A stretch of DNA of 61,754 nt from the NCBI GenBank assembly GCA_919902045.1, contig CAKKSP010000021.1, forward strand, positions 1 through 61,754. The letters run 5' to 3'. Position 1 is the stretch's first letter, and every line of letters starts with the position of its first letter. The position numbers and the translations under genes are program-made. Shown in pieces: positions 1-7,194 of this stretch. The notes beneath the pieces were generated by a model, which did no database searches, was not told the DNA's origin, and saw only the letters and a program-made list of their open reading frames with translations. The stretch is from Omnitrophica bacterium GWA2_41_15 (GTDB lineage Bacteria; Omnitrophota; Gorgyraeia; Gygaellales; Profunditerraquicolaceae).

Positions 1-834
1 TGCCTCTGCCACATCGCCTGCAGCATAGATATTAGGAAATGAACTCTGCATATGGTTATCTACCAGAATACCATTTGCTACCTTCATATCAGTATGCGCA
101 ATTATTTCTTTATTCGGTTCAACTCCCTTTCCCACTACCACAAAAGAAGCAGCAAAGGCTTTACCGTTATCAAGTTTTACGGCGCGCACTTCAGGGTCTC
201 CGATAATTTCCACTACATCTTGTCCCAAAAGCAGCTCAATACCGTTTGCAAGCAGCCTCTCCTGCACAATCTCTGCTGCCTGAACATCAAGCATCTGCGA
301 AAGGATTTGTTTTGATTTTATAACCACCTTTACCTCGACATTGCGCTTACGCAAGGCAGTTGCAGCTTTAAGGCCGACTAAACCTCCGCCTAAGACACAT
401 ACTGAACGCGATAAATTTAACAGTCCATTAATTTGCAAGGCGTCTTTTAAAGTACGCAGTGCAAAAACTTCTTTCTTTTTAATGCCTTTGGTCTCGGGTA
501 ATTTCGCACGAGATCCGGTGGCAATAAGAAGCGAATCATACCCAACTTGCGTTTTATCTTCAAAAACCAATACCTGCTTTTTAGGATCGACTTTAATAAC
601 TTTCTTATTAAGTAAAAGCTCTATATTATTTTTCTGGTAGAAATCTTTGGCACGATAAAAGATTTTTGCTTTATCGGTTTCACCGGCGATAAAATAAGAA
701 ATCAGGCAGCGGCAATAAACCGGATATTCTTCGTCGGTAATAACCGTGATTAAGCTTACCTTATCACGCTTACGAATCGCCTCAACTGCTGAAATCCCTG
801 CTGCGGAGTTACCGATAATTACGTATTTTTTCAT
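1..834 (-). CDS. NAD(P)/FAD-dependent pyridine nucleotide-disulfide oxidoreductase (CODH-cluster flavoprotein), 3' end outside window
   Basis: Absent from the ORF track because it runs off the window edge. My reverse-strand translation from ATG at 832-834 reads MKKYVIIGNSAAGISAVEAIRKRDK. It has a second Rossmann motif (VLGGGLVGLKAA, approx. 370-410) and NIYAAGDVAEA at positions 1-33. The frame is open to position 1. It lies 5 nt downstream of the ferredoxin stop. Confidence 0.8.
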   Translation of the reverse strand, partial: MKKYVIIGNSAAGISAVEAIRKRDKVSLITVITDEEYPVYCRCLISYFIAGETDKAKIFYRAKDFYQKNNIELLLNKKVIKVDPKKQVLVFEDKTQVGYDSLLIATGSRAKLPETKGIKKKEVFALRTLKDALQINGLLNLSRSVCVLGGGLVGLKAATALRKRNVEVKVVIKSKQILSQMLDVQAAEIVQERLLANGIELLLGQDVVEIIGDPEVRAVKLDNGKAFAASFVVVGKGVEPNKEIIAHTDMKVANGILVDNHMQSSFPNIYAAGDVAEA

Positions 835-838
835 AACA

Positions 839-1276
839 TTATTCCCATATTATCGCCTTTGTTGGACAAGCTTTTAAACAAACCGGTTCAGGCTTATCCT
901 TGCATTTATCGCAACGTAAAGGTATTTTCTTTTTGAGATCCGGCCTGATGGCGCCATACGGGCAACTCATCACGCACATCCAACATCCTACGCATCGTTT
1001 CTCATCATGAACAACCATCTCTTTTTCGGCATCATAAGTCAGCGCAAAAGCCATACAAGCATCAACACACTTTGGTTCTTTGCAATGCCGGCAGGAAACT
1101 GGATAATCTTTTCCTTTACTAGAAAGTATTTTCTTCCTCGGCCGCGCTAAATTTTCCTCAACTACCGCCTTAAGCAAATCCGAAACCTCCGAATGCGCCA
1201 AAGCGCACGCCACTTCGCAGGATTTGCAGCCGAGACATCTATCGACTCGATAATATAGACTTTTTATTTTTCCCAT
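839..1276 (-). CDS. cooF: 4Fe-4S dicluster ferredoxin, CooF-like electron carrier
   Basis: 145 aa with four Cys clusters (CLGCKSCEVAC, CRHCKEPKCVDAC, CVGCWMCVMSCP, CDKC..CLKACP). It overlaps the cooS stop and sits between cooS and the flavoprotein. Confidence 0.75.
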   Translation of the reverse strand: MGKIKSLYYRVDRCLGCKSCEVACALAHSEVSDLLKAVVEENLARPRKKILSSKGKDYPVSCRHCKEPKCVDACMAFALTYDAEKEMVVHDEKRCVGCWMCVMSCPYGAIRPDLKKKIPLRCDKCKDKPEPVCLKACPTKAIIWE

Positions 1277-3213
1277 TTATACATCACCGGCGCTAAATTA
1301 AGCGCCTTACGTTTATTATCAATATGCGCAATCATCTTTTGCGCCATCACCTTGGGATCATCGCAAAAATCAAATCTTCCGCCGGTAACTCCTTCTATCT
1401 CATGCGTTAGATATTCAGTCAAATTTTTACTGCCTAATACCGCAAACGGGTTAGCTCCGAAGATTGTGTAAACTCCGGAAGCCACAAAATAAAATCCGAT
1501 AGTAATTGCCTTCTCAGACATCCATTCAGGAGCAGCACCTGCTGCCGGGATATCGCTTAAATCCGTACCCAAACCTCCTTCGGCAATAATAGCTGAAGCT
1601 GCAGTTAGAATACGGCTATTATCTACACATGAGCCAAGATGCAGTACTGGAGGGATCCCTACTGCCTCACAAATTTCCTGCAAACCTTTACCTGCATATT
1701 TTATTGCTGCTTCAGGCACTAAAAGCCCTTGTTTTGCGCAGGCAATCGCAGAGCAACCGGTCTGTAAAACCAAAACATCATGCTTTATCAATTCTTTAAC
1801 CAGTTCGGTATGAAAATAATCATGCGTCTGCCTGGGATTATTACAGCCGACAACTCCTGCTAAACCACGCAACCTTCCTGAAATAATTGCTTCGTTAAGT
1901 GGTTTATAAGTAGAACGATAATGGCCGCCAAGCATCTGAAAGATCACTTCCTTGGTAAAACCAGCGACCAGATCCATCTCTTCTTTAGGAATATTTATTT
2001 TCTCTTTATTACGGCAGGAGAAATTTTCCACCCCCATTTTAATGATTTGCTTTGCGGTTTCATAAGCATCTTTAGGATCAAATTCAACATGGATTACTCC
2101 CGGAAAACGCGCTTTGGAATTTGTTGTTACAAGTTTTGTATGGAAACAGCTTGCGACCTCTTTGAGCGCTGGCATAATACACTGCACATCTACCATCATT
2201 ACCTCAACTGCTCCTGTGACAATAGCAAGTTCCTGCTGCAGAAAATTTCCGGCAACCGGTATACCATGACGCATTAGTACTTCATTTGCCGTACAACAGA
2301 TACCAGCTAAATTTATTCCTTTTGCTCCAACGCTTTGCGCAAGCTTAAGTAATTCCGGATCTTGTGAAGCCCTTACTGCCATTTCCGATAAAACCGGTTC
2401 ATGTCCATGCACAACAATATTAACGTGATCCTCTTTAAGTACACCTAAATTAACTTTTCCTCTTATTGGCTCGGGGCTTCCTAAAATAATATCCTGAACA
2501 TCTGTTGCAATCATTGAACCGCCCCAGCCATCAGATAAAGCGCAGCGCAACCCCGACTGGATCAGATTTTTATAGTCGTTATCTACACCCATTGTTGTAG
2601 TATGCAAAAGTTCCACTACCTCCCGGTCAATCCCGCGCGGAGTAATCCCCAGGCGCTTCCAGATCTGTTGGCGCTTTTGCGGAGCGCGTTTTGTAAAGGT
2701 GAGCTCTCCTTCCTGCTTACCAAATTCTTCAAGCAGTTTTTTAGAAAGCTCTTTTGCTATCTGCTCCTCAGGCTTATTTATATCTATGCCAAATTCTTCT
2801 GCTAAAACTTTTAATTTTTCCGGGTCAAGAATTCCGTATTCATGGCTATGGCCGTGACCGTGTTTATCTGTACCATGATTCTGATTTTTCGTAATTAGCG
2901 ATAATGCATTTGCCACATCTCTTCCATGGTCTGAATGAGCTGACGCTCCGACGGCAATTTTGCGCGCTAAATTACGCGCAGCAATCGTATCGGCATTTGC
3001 TCCGCATACACCAACTTGAGCTCCTTCTCCAAACGGATCGATCCGGCAAGGCCCCATGTTACAAACCGTGCAACATACCCCGAGTTGCCCAAAACCGCAT
3101 TGAGGCTGCTGCAGCTCAAACCGATCCCATACAGTCTGGATATCTTCTTTTTCCGCTTTCTTGAGCATCTCTTGCGTTGCTTTATCTATGGATTTTTGTT
3201 TAACGTCGGACAT
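1264..3213 (-). CDS. cooS: anaerobic Ni-dependent carbon-monoxide dehydrogenase catalytic subunit
   Basis: Carries the N-terminal cluster signature CGFGQLGVCCTVCNMGPCRI. About 650 aa, the typical CooS length. Start trimmed from the ORF-track 3240 to ATG 3211-3213, which is preceded by AAGGGGGAA (a strong RBS). Confidence 0.9.
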   Translation of the reverse strand: MSDVKQKSIDKATQEMLKKAEKEDIQTVWDRFELQQPQCGFGQLGVCCTVCNMGPCRIDPFGEGAQVGVCGANADTIAARNLARKIAVGASAHSDHGRDVANALSLITKNQNHGTDKHGHGHSHEYGILDPEKLKVLAEEFGIDINKPEEQIAKELSKKLLEEFGKQEGELTFTKRAPQKRQQIWKRLGITPRGIDREVVELLHTTTMGVDNDYKNLIQSGLRCALSDGWGGSMIATDVQDIILGSPEPIRGKVNLGVLKEDHVNIVVHGHEPVLSEMAVRASQDPELLKLAQSVGAKGINLAGICCTANEVLMRHGIPVAGNFLQQELAIVTGAVEVMMVDVQCIMPALKEVASCFHTKLVTTNSKARFPGVIHVEFDPKDAYETAKQIIKMGVENFSCRNKEKINIPKEEMDLVAGFTKEVIFQMLGGHYRSTYKPLNEAIISGRLRGLAGVVGCNNPRQTHDYFHTELVKELIKHDVLVLQTGCSAIACAKQGLLVPEAAIKYAGKGLQEICEAVGIPPVLHLGSCVDNSRILTAASAIIAEGGLGTDLSDIPAAGAAPEWMSEKAITIGFYFVASGVYTIFGANPFAVLGSKNLTEYLTHEIEGVTGGRFDFCDDPKVMAQKMIAHIDNKRKALNLAPVMYKWEK

Positions 3214-3233
3214 TGCTTCCCCCTTATGAAATG

Positions 3234-3261
3234 GTGACAAGACACAAGTGACAAGTCACAA
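3234..3261. promoter_or_regulatory. heptamer-phased GTGACAA/GACACAA/GTGACAA/GTCACAA block containing the perfect palindrome GTGACAAGTCAC, 21-48 nt upstream of the cooS start
   Basis: Read directly. The palindrome is at 3248-3259. The same 12-mer recurs upstream of metF at 5576-5587. Confidence 0.4.
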
Positions 3262-3319
3262 ACAAAAATTTATAAATGACAACCGAAACGACAACCTATT
3301 TAATAATTAAACGATGTTA

Positions 3320-4612
3320 CTATTTTACTACACAAATTGATTTATTTAAACTAGAGATATTGCCTTTTTTATCTTTTACAAAACAATATACTCTATATAC
3401 CCCTTCTTTTTCCGGGCTTTTAATCCGCACTTTACTTCCTTCTCCGATAACTTCAGCATCAACATAACTATTTACGTAATATTGCAACACCCCTTCTTTA
3501 GCTGTACTCAGGAAATATTCATAATTATAATTATCTTTATTAATATCAGGCATCCGAACTTCGACTTCTATCGATTCCCCGGGGCTTAGAGCTTCGACTT
3601 TACTCAATATTAAATGTTTAATTTTTGGCGCAGAATAAGGGGCTGTCTTCCCGGTAAATATTTCATAAACTACCCAGTAAGATTGCCTTTTAAAATTTCC
3701 TTCATTGATATTCCACCATGTCATAGTTTCCTGCGTGGTTTCACCAAGATGAAAAACAAACCCGCCCAAATTATAATTTTTAAAACTCAAAATCTGATTA
3801 GTAAAATCTTTATACAACAAAGCCTTATTATAATCACTTAGCTCTTCAGACTTACCATTTGAATCTTTTGGCCTTTGTTCCGTTAAATATGGCCCATATT
3901 CGGTAAATATATAAGGCTTATTAAAACCAAGAAAATCCCATTGCGAATGAAACGCCCTAATACTGCCATAAGCATTCATTCCGACGATATCTAAACTCGG
4001 AACGTATTTTTTTAAATAAGGTAGGTCCAGATAACCTGCAGAAGCATAAATAACTGGATGATACGGATCAATTCCATGCACTTCCTGGATAAGTTCTTCT
4101 AAAAAAGAACATAAAGCAAACTTCTCTTCCTCGGATTTTGTAAAAAATATCGCTTCATTGCCGATATTCCACATTAGCACAGCAGGATGATCTTTAAACT
4201 CTTCAACGTAAGATAAAACTTCCTTACGCTTATTTTTCTTATAATCATTATCCCCTATATAACTAAACCCTTTTTCAGAATCAGCCCAATTCAACCAGAT
4301 CCCAACATCAACCATTAATCCATACTTAGATGCCTTATCCAGATATTCTTTTGTACCCTGATCAATACCCCAAGTCCTTACGCAATTTGCTCCTAATTCT
4401 TTGGCTAATTTCAAATAATCTTCTTTTTTCTTTCCTTCAGCCACCCCGCAACCTACACCTTTAATATAAAACGGATTACCATCAACTAATAAATTCCAAC
4501 TGCCTTTTTCCCCTTCTATTTTCACTTCTTTTGCTCCTTGCGCATAAGAATTAATTAAGCAGATAAAAAACGCAACTAAACATATCCTTGTAATCCGAAA
4601 TATCAAATTCAT
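3320..4612 (-). CDS. secreted clan GH-A (GH2/GH5-like TIM-barrel) glycoside hydrolase with C-terminal beta-sandwich domain
   Basis: N-terminal signal peptide (ICLVAFFICLINSYAQG). Candidate acid/base motif WNIGNEA and nucleophile-like FTEYG. The family assignment is by eye only. Confidence 0.55.
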   Translation of the reverse strand: MNLIFRITRICLVAFFICLINSYAQGAKEVKIEGEKGSWNLLVDGNPFYIKGVGCGVAEGKKKEDYLKLAKELGANCVRTWGIDQGTKEYLDKASKYGLMVDVGIWLNWADSEKGFSYIGDNDYKKNKRKEVLSYVEEFKDHPAVLMWNIGNEAIFFTKSEEEKFALCSFLEELIQEVHGIDPYHPVIYASAGYLDLPYLKKYVPSLDIVGMNAYGSIRAFHSQWDFLGFNKPYIFTEYGPYLTEQRPKDSNGKSEELSDYNKALLYKDFTNQILSFKNYNLGGFVFHLGETTQETMTWWNINEGNFKRQSYWVVYEIFTGKTAPYSAPKIKHLILSKVEALSPGESIEVEVRMPDINKDNYNYEYFLSTAKEGVLQYYVNSYVDAEVIGEGSKVRIKSPEKEGVYRVYCFVKDKKGNISSLNKSICVVK

Positions 4613-4670
4613 TTTATAAAAAACTTCGAAAACTACCGAAGCGTCCCCTAGTTTTTTCTAGTTTTTAAAT

Positions 4671-5543
4671 TTAGCTAAGTCCAGCCGCCTCAATTACTCT
4701 CGGCACATATTTATCCCAGCCAATAGGCATAATATGAATACCGTCGCACATCGGCTTTAATTCTTTAATCAGCCGGACTGCGATTTCAACACAAGTAGCA
4801 GCTTTATCTTTGGTTGTTTCCATTTCTTTGATCAGATTATCGGGAACAAATACTCCTGCGACATTTTTATTCATAAAGCGTGCCATACCAGCTGACTTAA
4901 GCAGGACAATACCAGCTAAAATTTTAGTTTTAAGATGTTTTGTTTTACTTAAAAAATTCTCAAAAGTTTTTACATCATAGATTGCCTGAGTCTGGAAAAA
5001 TTCTGCACCCGCTTCAATCTTTTTTTCCATTTTAATAATTTGTGGCTCAATTGGCTCTGCTCCTGGATTTACTACGGCCCCTGCAAAAAAAGCCGGAGCC
5101 CTTCCTTCAAGTTTATTCCCGTTCATATCTGTGCCAGATTTAAGCTTTCCCACTACTTGCAGAAGTTGTACTGAATCAAGATCAAAAACCGGTTTTGCAT
5201 CAGGATGATCCCCGGCAAAAGGATGATCTCCTGTCAAGATTAAGACATTCTCGATTCCCATGCTTGCTGCAGAAAGTAAATCTGATTGCAAAGCAAGGCG
5301 ATTTCGGTCACGGCAAGTAAGCTGATATATCGGATCAAAACCCTTTTGTTTAAGTAGCGCGCAAACTGATAATGAACCAAGGCGCATCACCGAACTCTGC
5401 AGATCCGTAACATTGATTGCATCGGTAAACTCACGGATTGACTCAGCATCTTCTAAGATCTTGTGAGTTTCTATTCCCTTTGGCGGGCCGATCTCTGAAG
5501 TAACAACAAATTCACCGGATAATAATTTTTCTTTAAAAGTCAT
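4671..5543 (-). CDS. metF: methylenetetrahydrofolate reductase
   Basis: MTHFR-like sequence (FVVTSEIGPPKG, INVTD, LTCRDRNR, ILTGD). Start trimmed to ATG 5541-5543 (MTFKEKLL). The upstream ORF-track extension MSLKKCP... is encoded by a repeat element. Confidence 0.85.
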   Translation of the reverse strand: MTFKEKLLSGEFVVTSEIGPPKGIETHKILEDAESIREFTDAINVTDLQSSVMRLGSLSVCALLKQKGFDPIYQLTCRDRNRLALQSDLLSAASMGIENVLILTGDHPFAGDHPDAKPVFDLDSVQLLQVVGKLKSGTDMNGNKLEGRAPAFFAGAVVNPGAEPIEPQIIKMEKKIEAGAEFFQTQAIYDVKTFENFLSKTKHLKTKILAGIVLLKSAGMARFMNKNVAGVFVPDNLIKEMETTKDKAATCVEIAVRLIKELKPMCDGIHIMPIGWDKYVPRVIEAAGLS

Positions 5544-5575
5544 TTTACAGTAAGCTCCTGGGTTTCCAGTGGCCA

Positions 5576-5587
5576 GTGACAAGTCAC
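5576..5587. promoter_or_regulatory. second copy of palindrome GTGACAAGTCAC, 33-44 nt upstream of the metF start
   Basis: Read directly. Identical to 3248-3259. Lies between the nested-palindrome repeat and the metF RBS (AGGAG). Confidence 0.4.
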
Positions 5588-5594
5588 ATGTTAG

Positions 5595-5672
5595 AGGGCA
5601 CTTCTTCAGGGACATTTCTTAACATGCAAACAATATCTTAAGAAATGTCCCTAACTGTTAAAAAGTGTCCCT
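5595..5672. repeat. nested double-palindrome intergenic repeat, diverged copy
   Basis: AGGGCACTTCTTCAGGGACATTTCTTAA-loop-TTAAGAAATGTCCCTAACTGTTAAAAAGTGTCCCT. It has the same architecture as the 17630 and 46735 copies and overlaps the last folD codons. Confidence 0.8.
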
Positions 5673-6509
5673 ATACTTTGCAGCCTCAACCAAATTCCGC
5701 ATCAACATCGTCACGGTAAGCGGGCCGACTCCGCCGGGAACAGGAGTGATCCAGGAAGCGCGCTTTGCTGCCTCATCAAACTCTACATCGCCGACGATTT
5801 TATCACCCACACGGTTAATTCCCACATCTATTACTACAGCGCCATCTTTAACCCACTCGCCTTTAATTAATCCGGCCCTTCCAACTGCTACAATTAAAAC
5901 CTCTGCTTTTCTTACATGCTCATCTAATTTCCCGGCTTTACTTGTGCCAATATGACAAACTGTTACAGTAGCAAATTTATCAAGTAACATTAAAGCAAGC
6001 GGCTTTCCAACGATTTCACTATGCCCCACAATTACAACTTCTTTACCGTATAAATCTAAACCCGTAACATTAAGCAGCTCCATTACTGCCGCAGCTGTGC
6101 AAGGCAAGACCTTTGCCTTACCAAAAATAATCTTACCGATATTTTCCGGATGCATACCTTCAACATCTTTATCTGAAGCAACATAATTACTGACCTTTTT
6201 ATAATCGATATGCGCAGGAAGAGGCATTTGTATAATAATGCCATTTACCGAATTATCCGTATTTAATTTTTTAATTAAACTAATAAGCTCTTCTTCAGTT
6301 GTGCTTTGAGCCATTTTCTCATGACGGTATTCAATCCCTAAACTTTCAGAAACTTTGCGTTGTGATTTTACATAAACATCCGCACCTGCATTTTCGCCTA
6401 CCTGGATGCTTGCCAATACAGGCGGTTTTGATAACCCCTCAACCTTAGCCTTTATCTCAAGCTTAATCCTATCTGCTAACGGCTTACCTTCCAATAAGTT
6501 TGCCAACAT
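5658..6509 (-). CDS. folD: bifunctional methylene-THF dehydrogenase / methenyl-THF cyclohydrolase
   Basis: 283 aa with typical FolD motifs (VGENAGADVYV, NGIIIQMPLP, DVEG, VVGHSEIVGKP, TPVPGGVGPLT). Confidence 0.95.
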   Translation of the reverse strand: MLANLLEGKPLADRIKLEIKAKVEGLSKPPVLASIQVGENAGADVYVKSQRKVSESLGIEYRHEKMAQSTTEEELISLIKKLNTDNSVNGIIIQMPLPAHIDYKKVSNYVASDKDVEGMHPENIGKIIFGKAKVLPCTAAAVMELLNVTGLDLYGKEVVIVGHSEIVGKPLALMLLDKFATVTVCHIGTSKAGKLDEHVRKAEVLIVAVGRAGLIKGEWVKDGAVVIDVGINRVGDKIVGDVEFDEAAKRASWITPVPGGVGPLTVTMLMRNLVEAAKYRDTF

Positions 6510-7044
6510 TCTCCTCCGTTTTTGTACGGATAATTTTAGAGTTCTTTATAAGCGCGCATAATTCTTTCTCGATTTTCAGCATCAGTTTTTTATCATCAAA
6601 GTTAGCTAAATTTATCCGGACATTAACTGCGGCAGTACTTACTGCTGCCTCAAGTAAAACTGCAGCTACTGCCACATCACTTATTAGATTACGATTGCCT
6701 TTTTTGATTAAAGGTGGACAAAGTTTAAGTGCATCAAGAGCTAGCCAACAAACCGAAAGAGGGATTTTTAATGACTGTTTTATATTTTTGCTCTTATAGG
6801 CTTCGACATCTTGATCAACTAAATCTAGGAATGCTTTGCGCAATTTTTCAGAACTATTAAGAATTTTTTTAAGCTCTAATTCATAACCAGAATATTTTGG
6901 TTTACCAATAGTAAAATTTACCACCATTGAAATAAGCGCAGCCCCCATTGCCGCAGACAATGCTGCAGCAGATCCGCCTCCCGGAGTAGGCAACTTTGCT
7001 GCTAAGTCGTCTAGGTATCGTTTAAGAGATAAATTTTTATACAT
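6484..7044 (-). CDS. fchA: cyclodeaminase/cyclohydrolase family protein (FtcD C-terminal-like; methenyl-THF cyclohydrolase candidate)
   Basis: 186 aa helical protein with the PTPGGGSAAALSAAMGAAL motif characteristic of this family. Located between fhs and folD. Confidence 0.7.
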   Translation of the reverse strand: MYKNLSLKRYLDDLAAKLPTPGGGSAAALSAAMGAALISMVVNFTIGKPKYSGYELELKKILNSSEKLRKAFLDLVDQDVEAYKSKNIKQSLKIPLSVCWLALDALKLCPPLIKKGNRNLISDVAVAAVLLEAAVSTAAVNVRINLANFDDKKLMLKIEKELCALIKNSKIIRTKTEENVGKLIGR

Positions 7045-7056
7045 AATTTTAGTTCT

Positions 7057-7191
7057 GTGTAATGTTAGATGTGTAAAGTGTAATGTGAGTTTAATGGTTT
7101 ATTGTGTAATGGAAAAACCTATTTGCTTGGTATTTCCTTTACACATAGTTTCATTACACCAGCATTACACATTACACAATCCACATTACAC
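7057..7191. repeat. about 135-bp imperfect hairpin built from GTGTAATG / CATTACAC words between fhs and the cyclohydrolase gene
   Basis: The left half has 3-4 TGTAATG-type words and the right half has 4 CATTACA/TACACA words in inverted orientation. The centre is GGAAA..TTTCC. Confidence 0.75.
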
Positions 7192-7194
7192 AAA

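Noticed and set aside
4613-4670. Small palindromes CTTCG-N8-CGAAG and CTAG-T6-CTAG between metF and the glycosidase as a terminator
   Set aside because: The stems are only 4-5 bp and AT-poor in flanks, too weak to call as a feature. Noted only as possible punctuation.
5544-5615. Longer N-termini given by the ORF track for metF (MSLKKCP...), queA (17617-17637), proS (27820-27840), cooS (3214-3240), clpP, uppS, PilZ-PilT, queH and the HMGL-family synthase (39193-39201)
   Set aside because: The extensions start in repeat arms or at TTG/GTG codons, overlap upstream genes or lack an RBS. Internal ATGs with good RBS and ortholog-like N-termini were preferred. This remains an inference.
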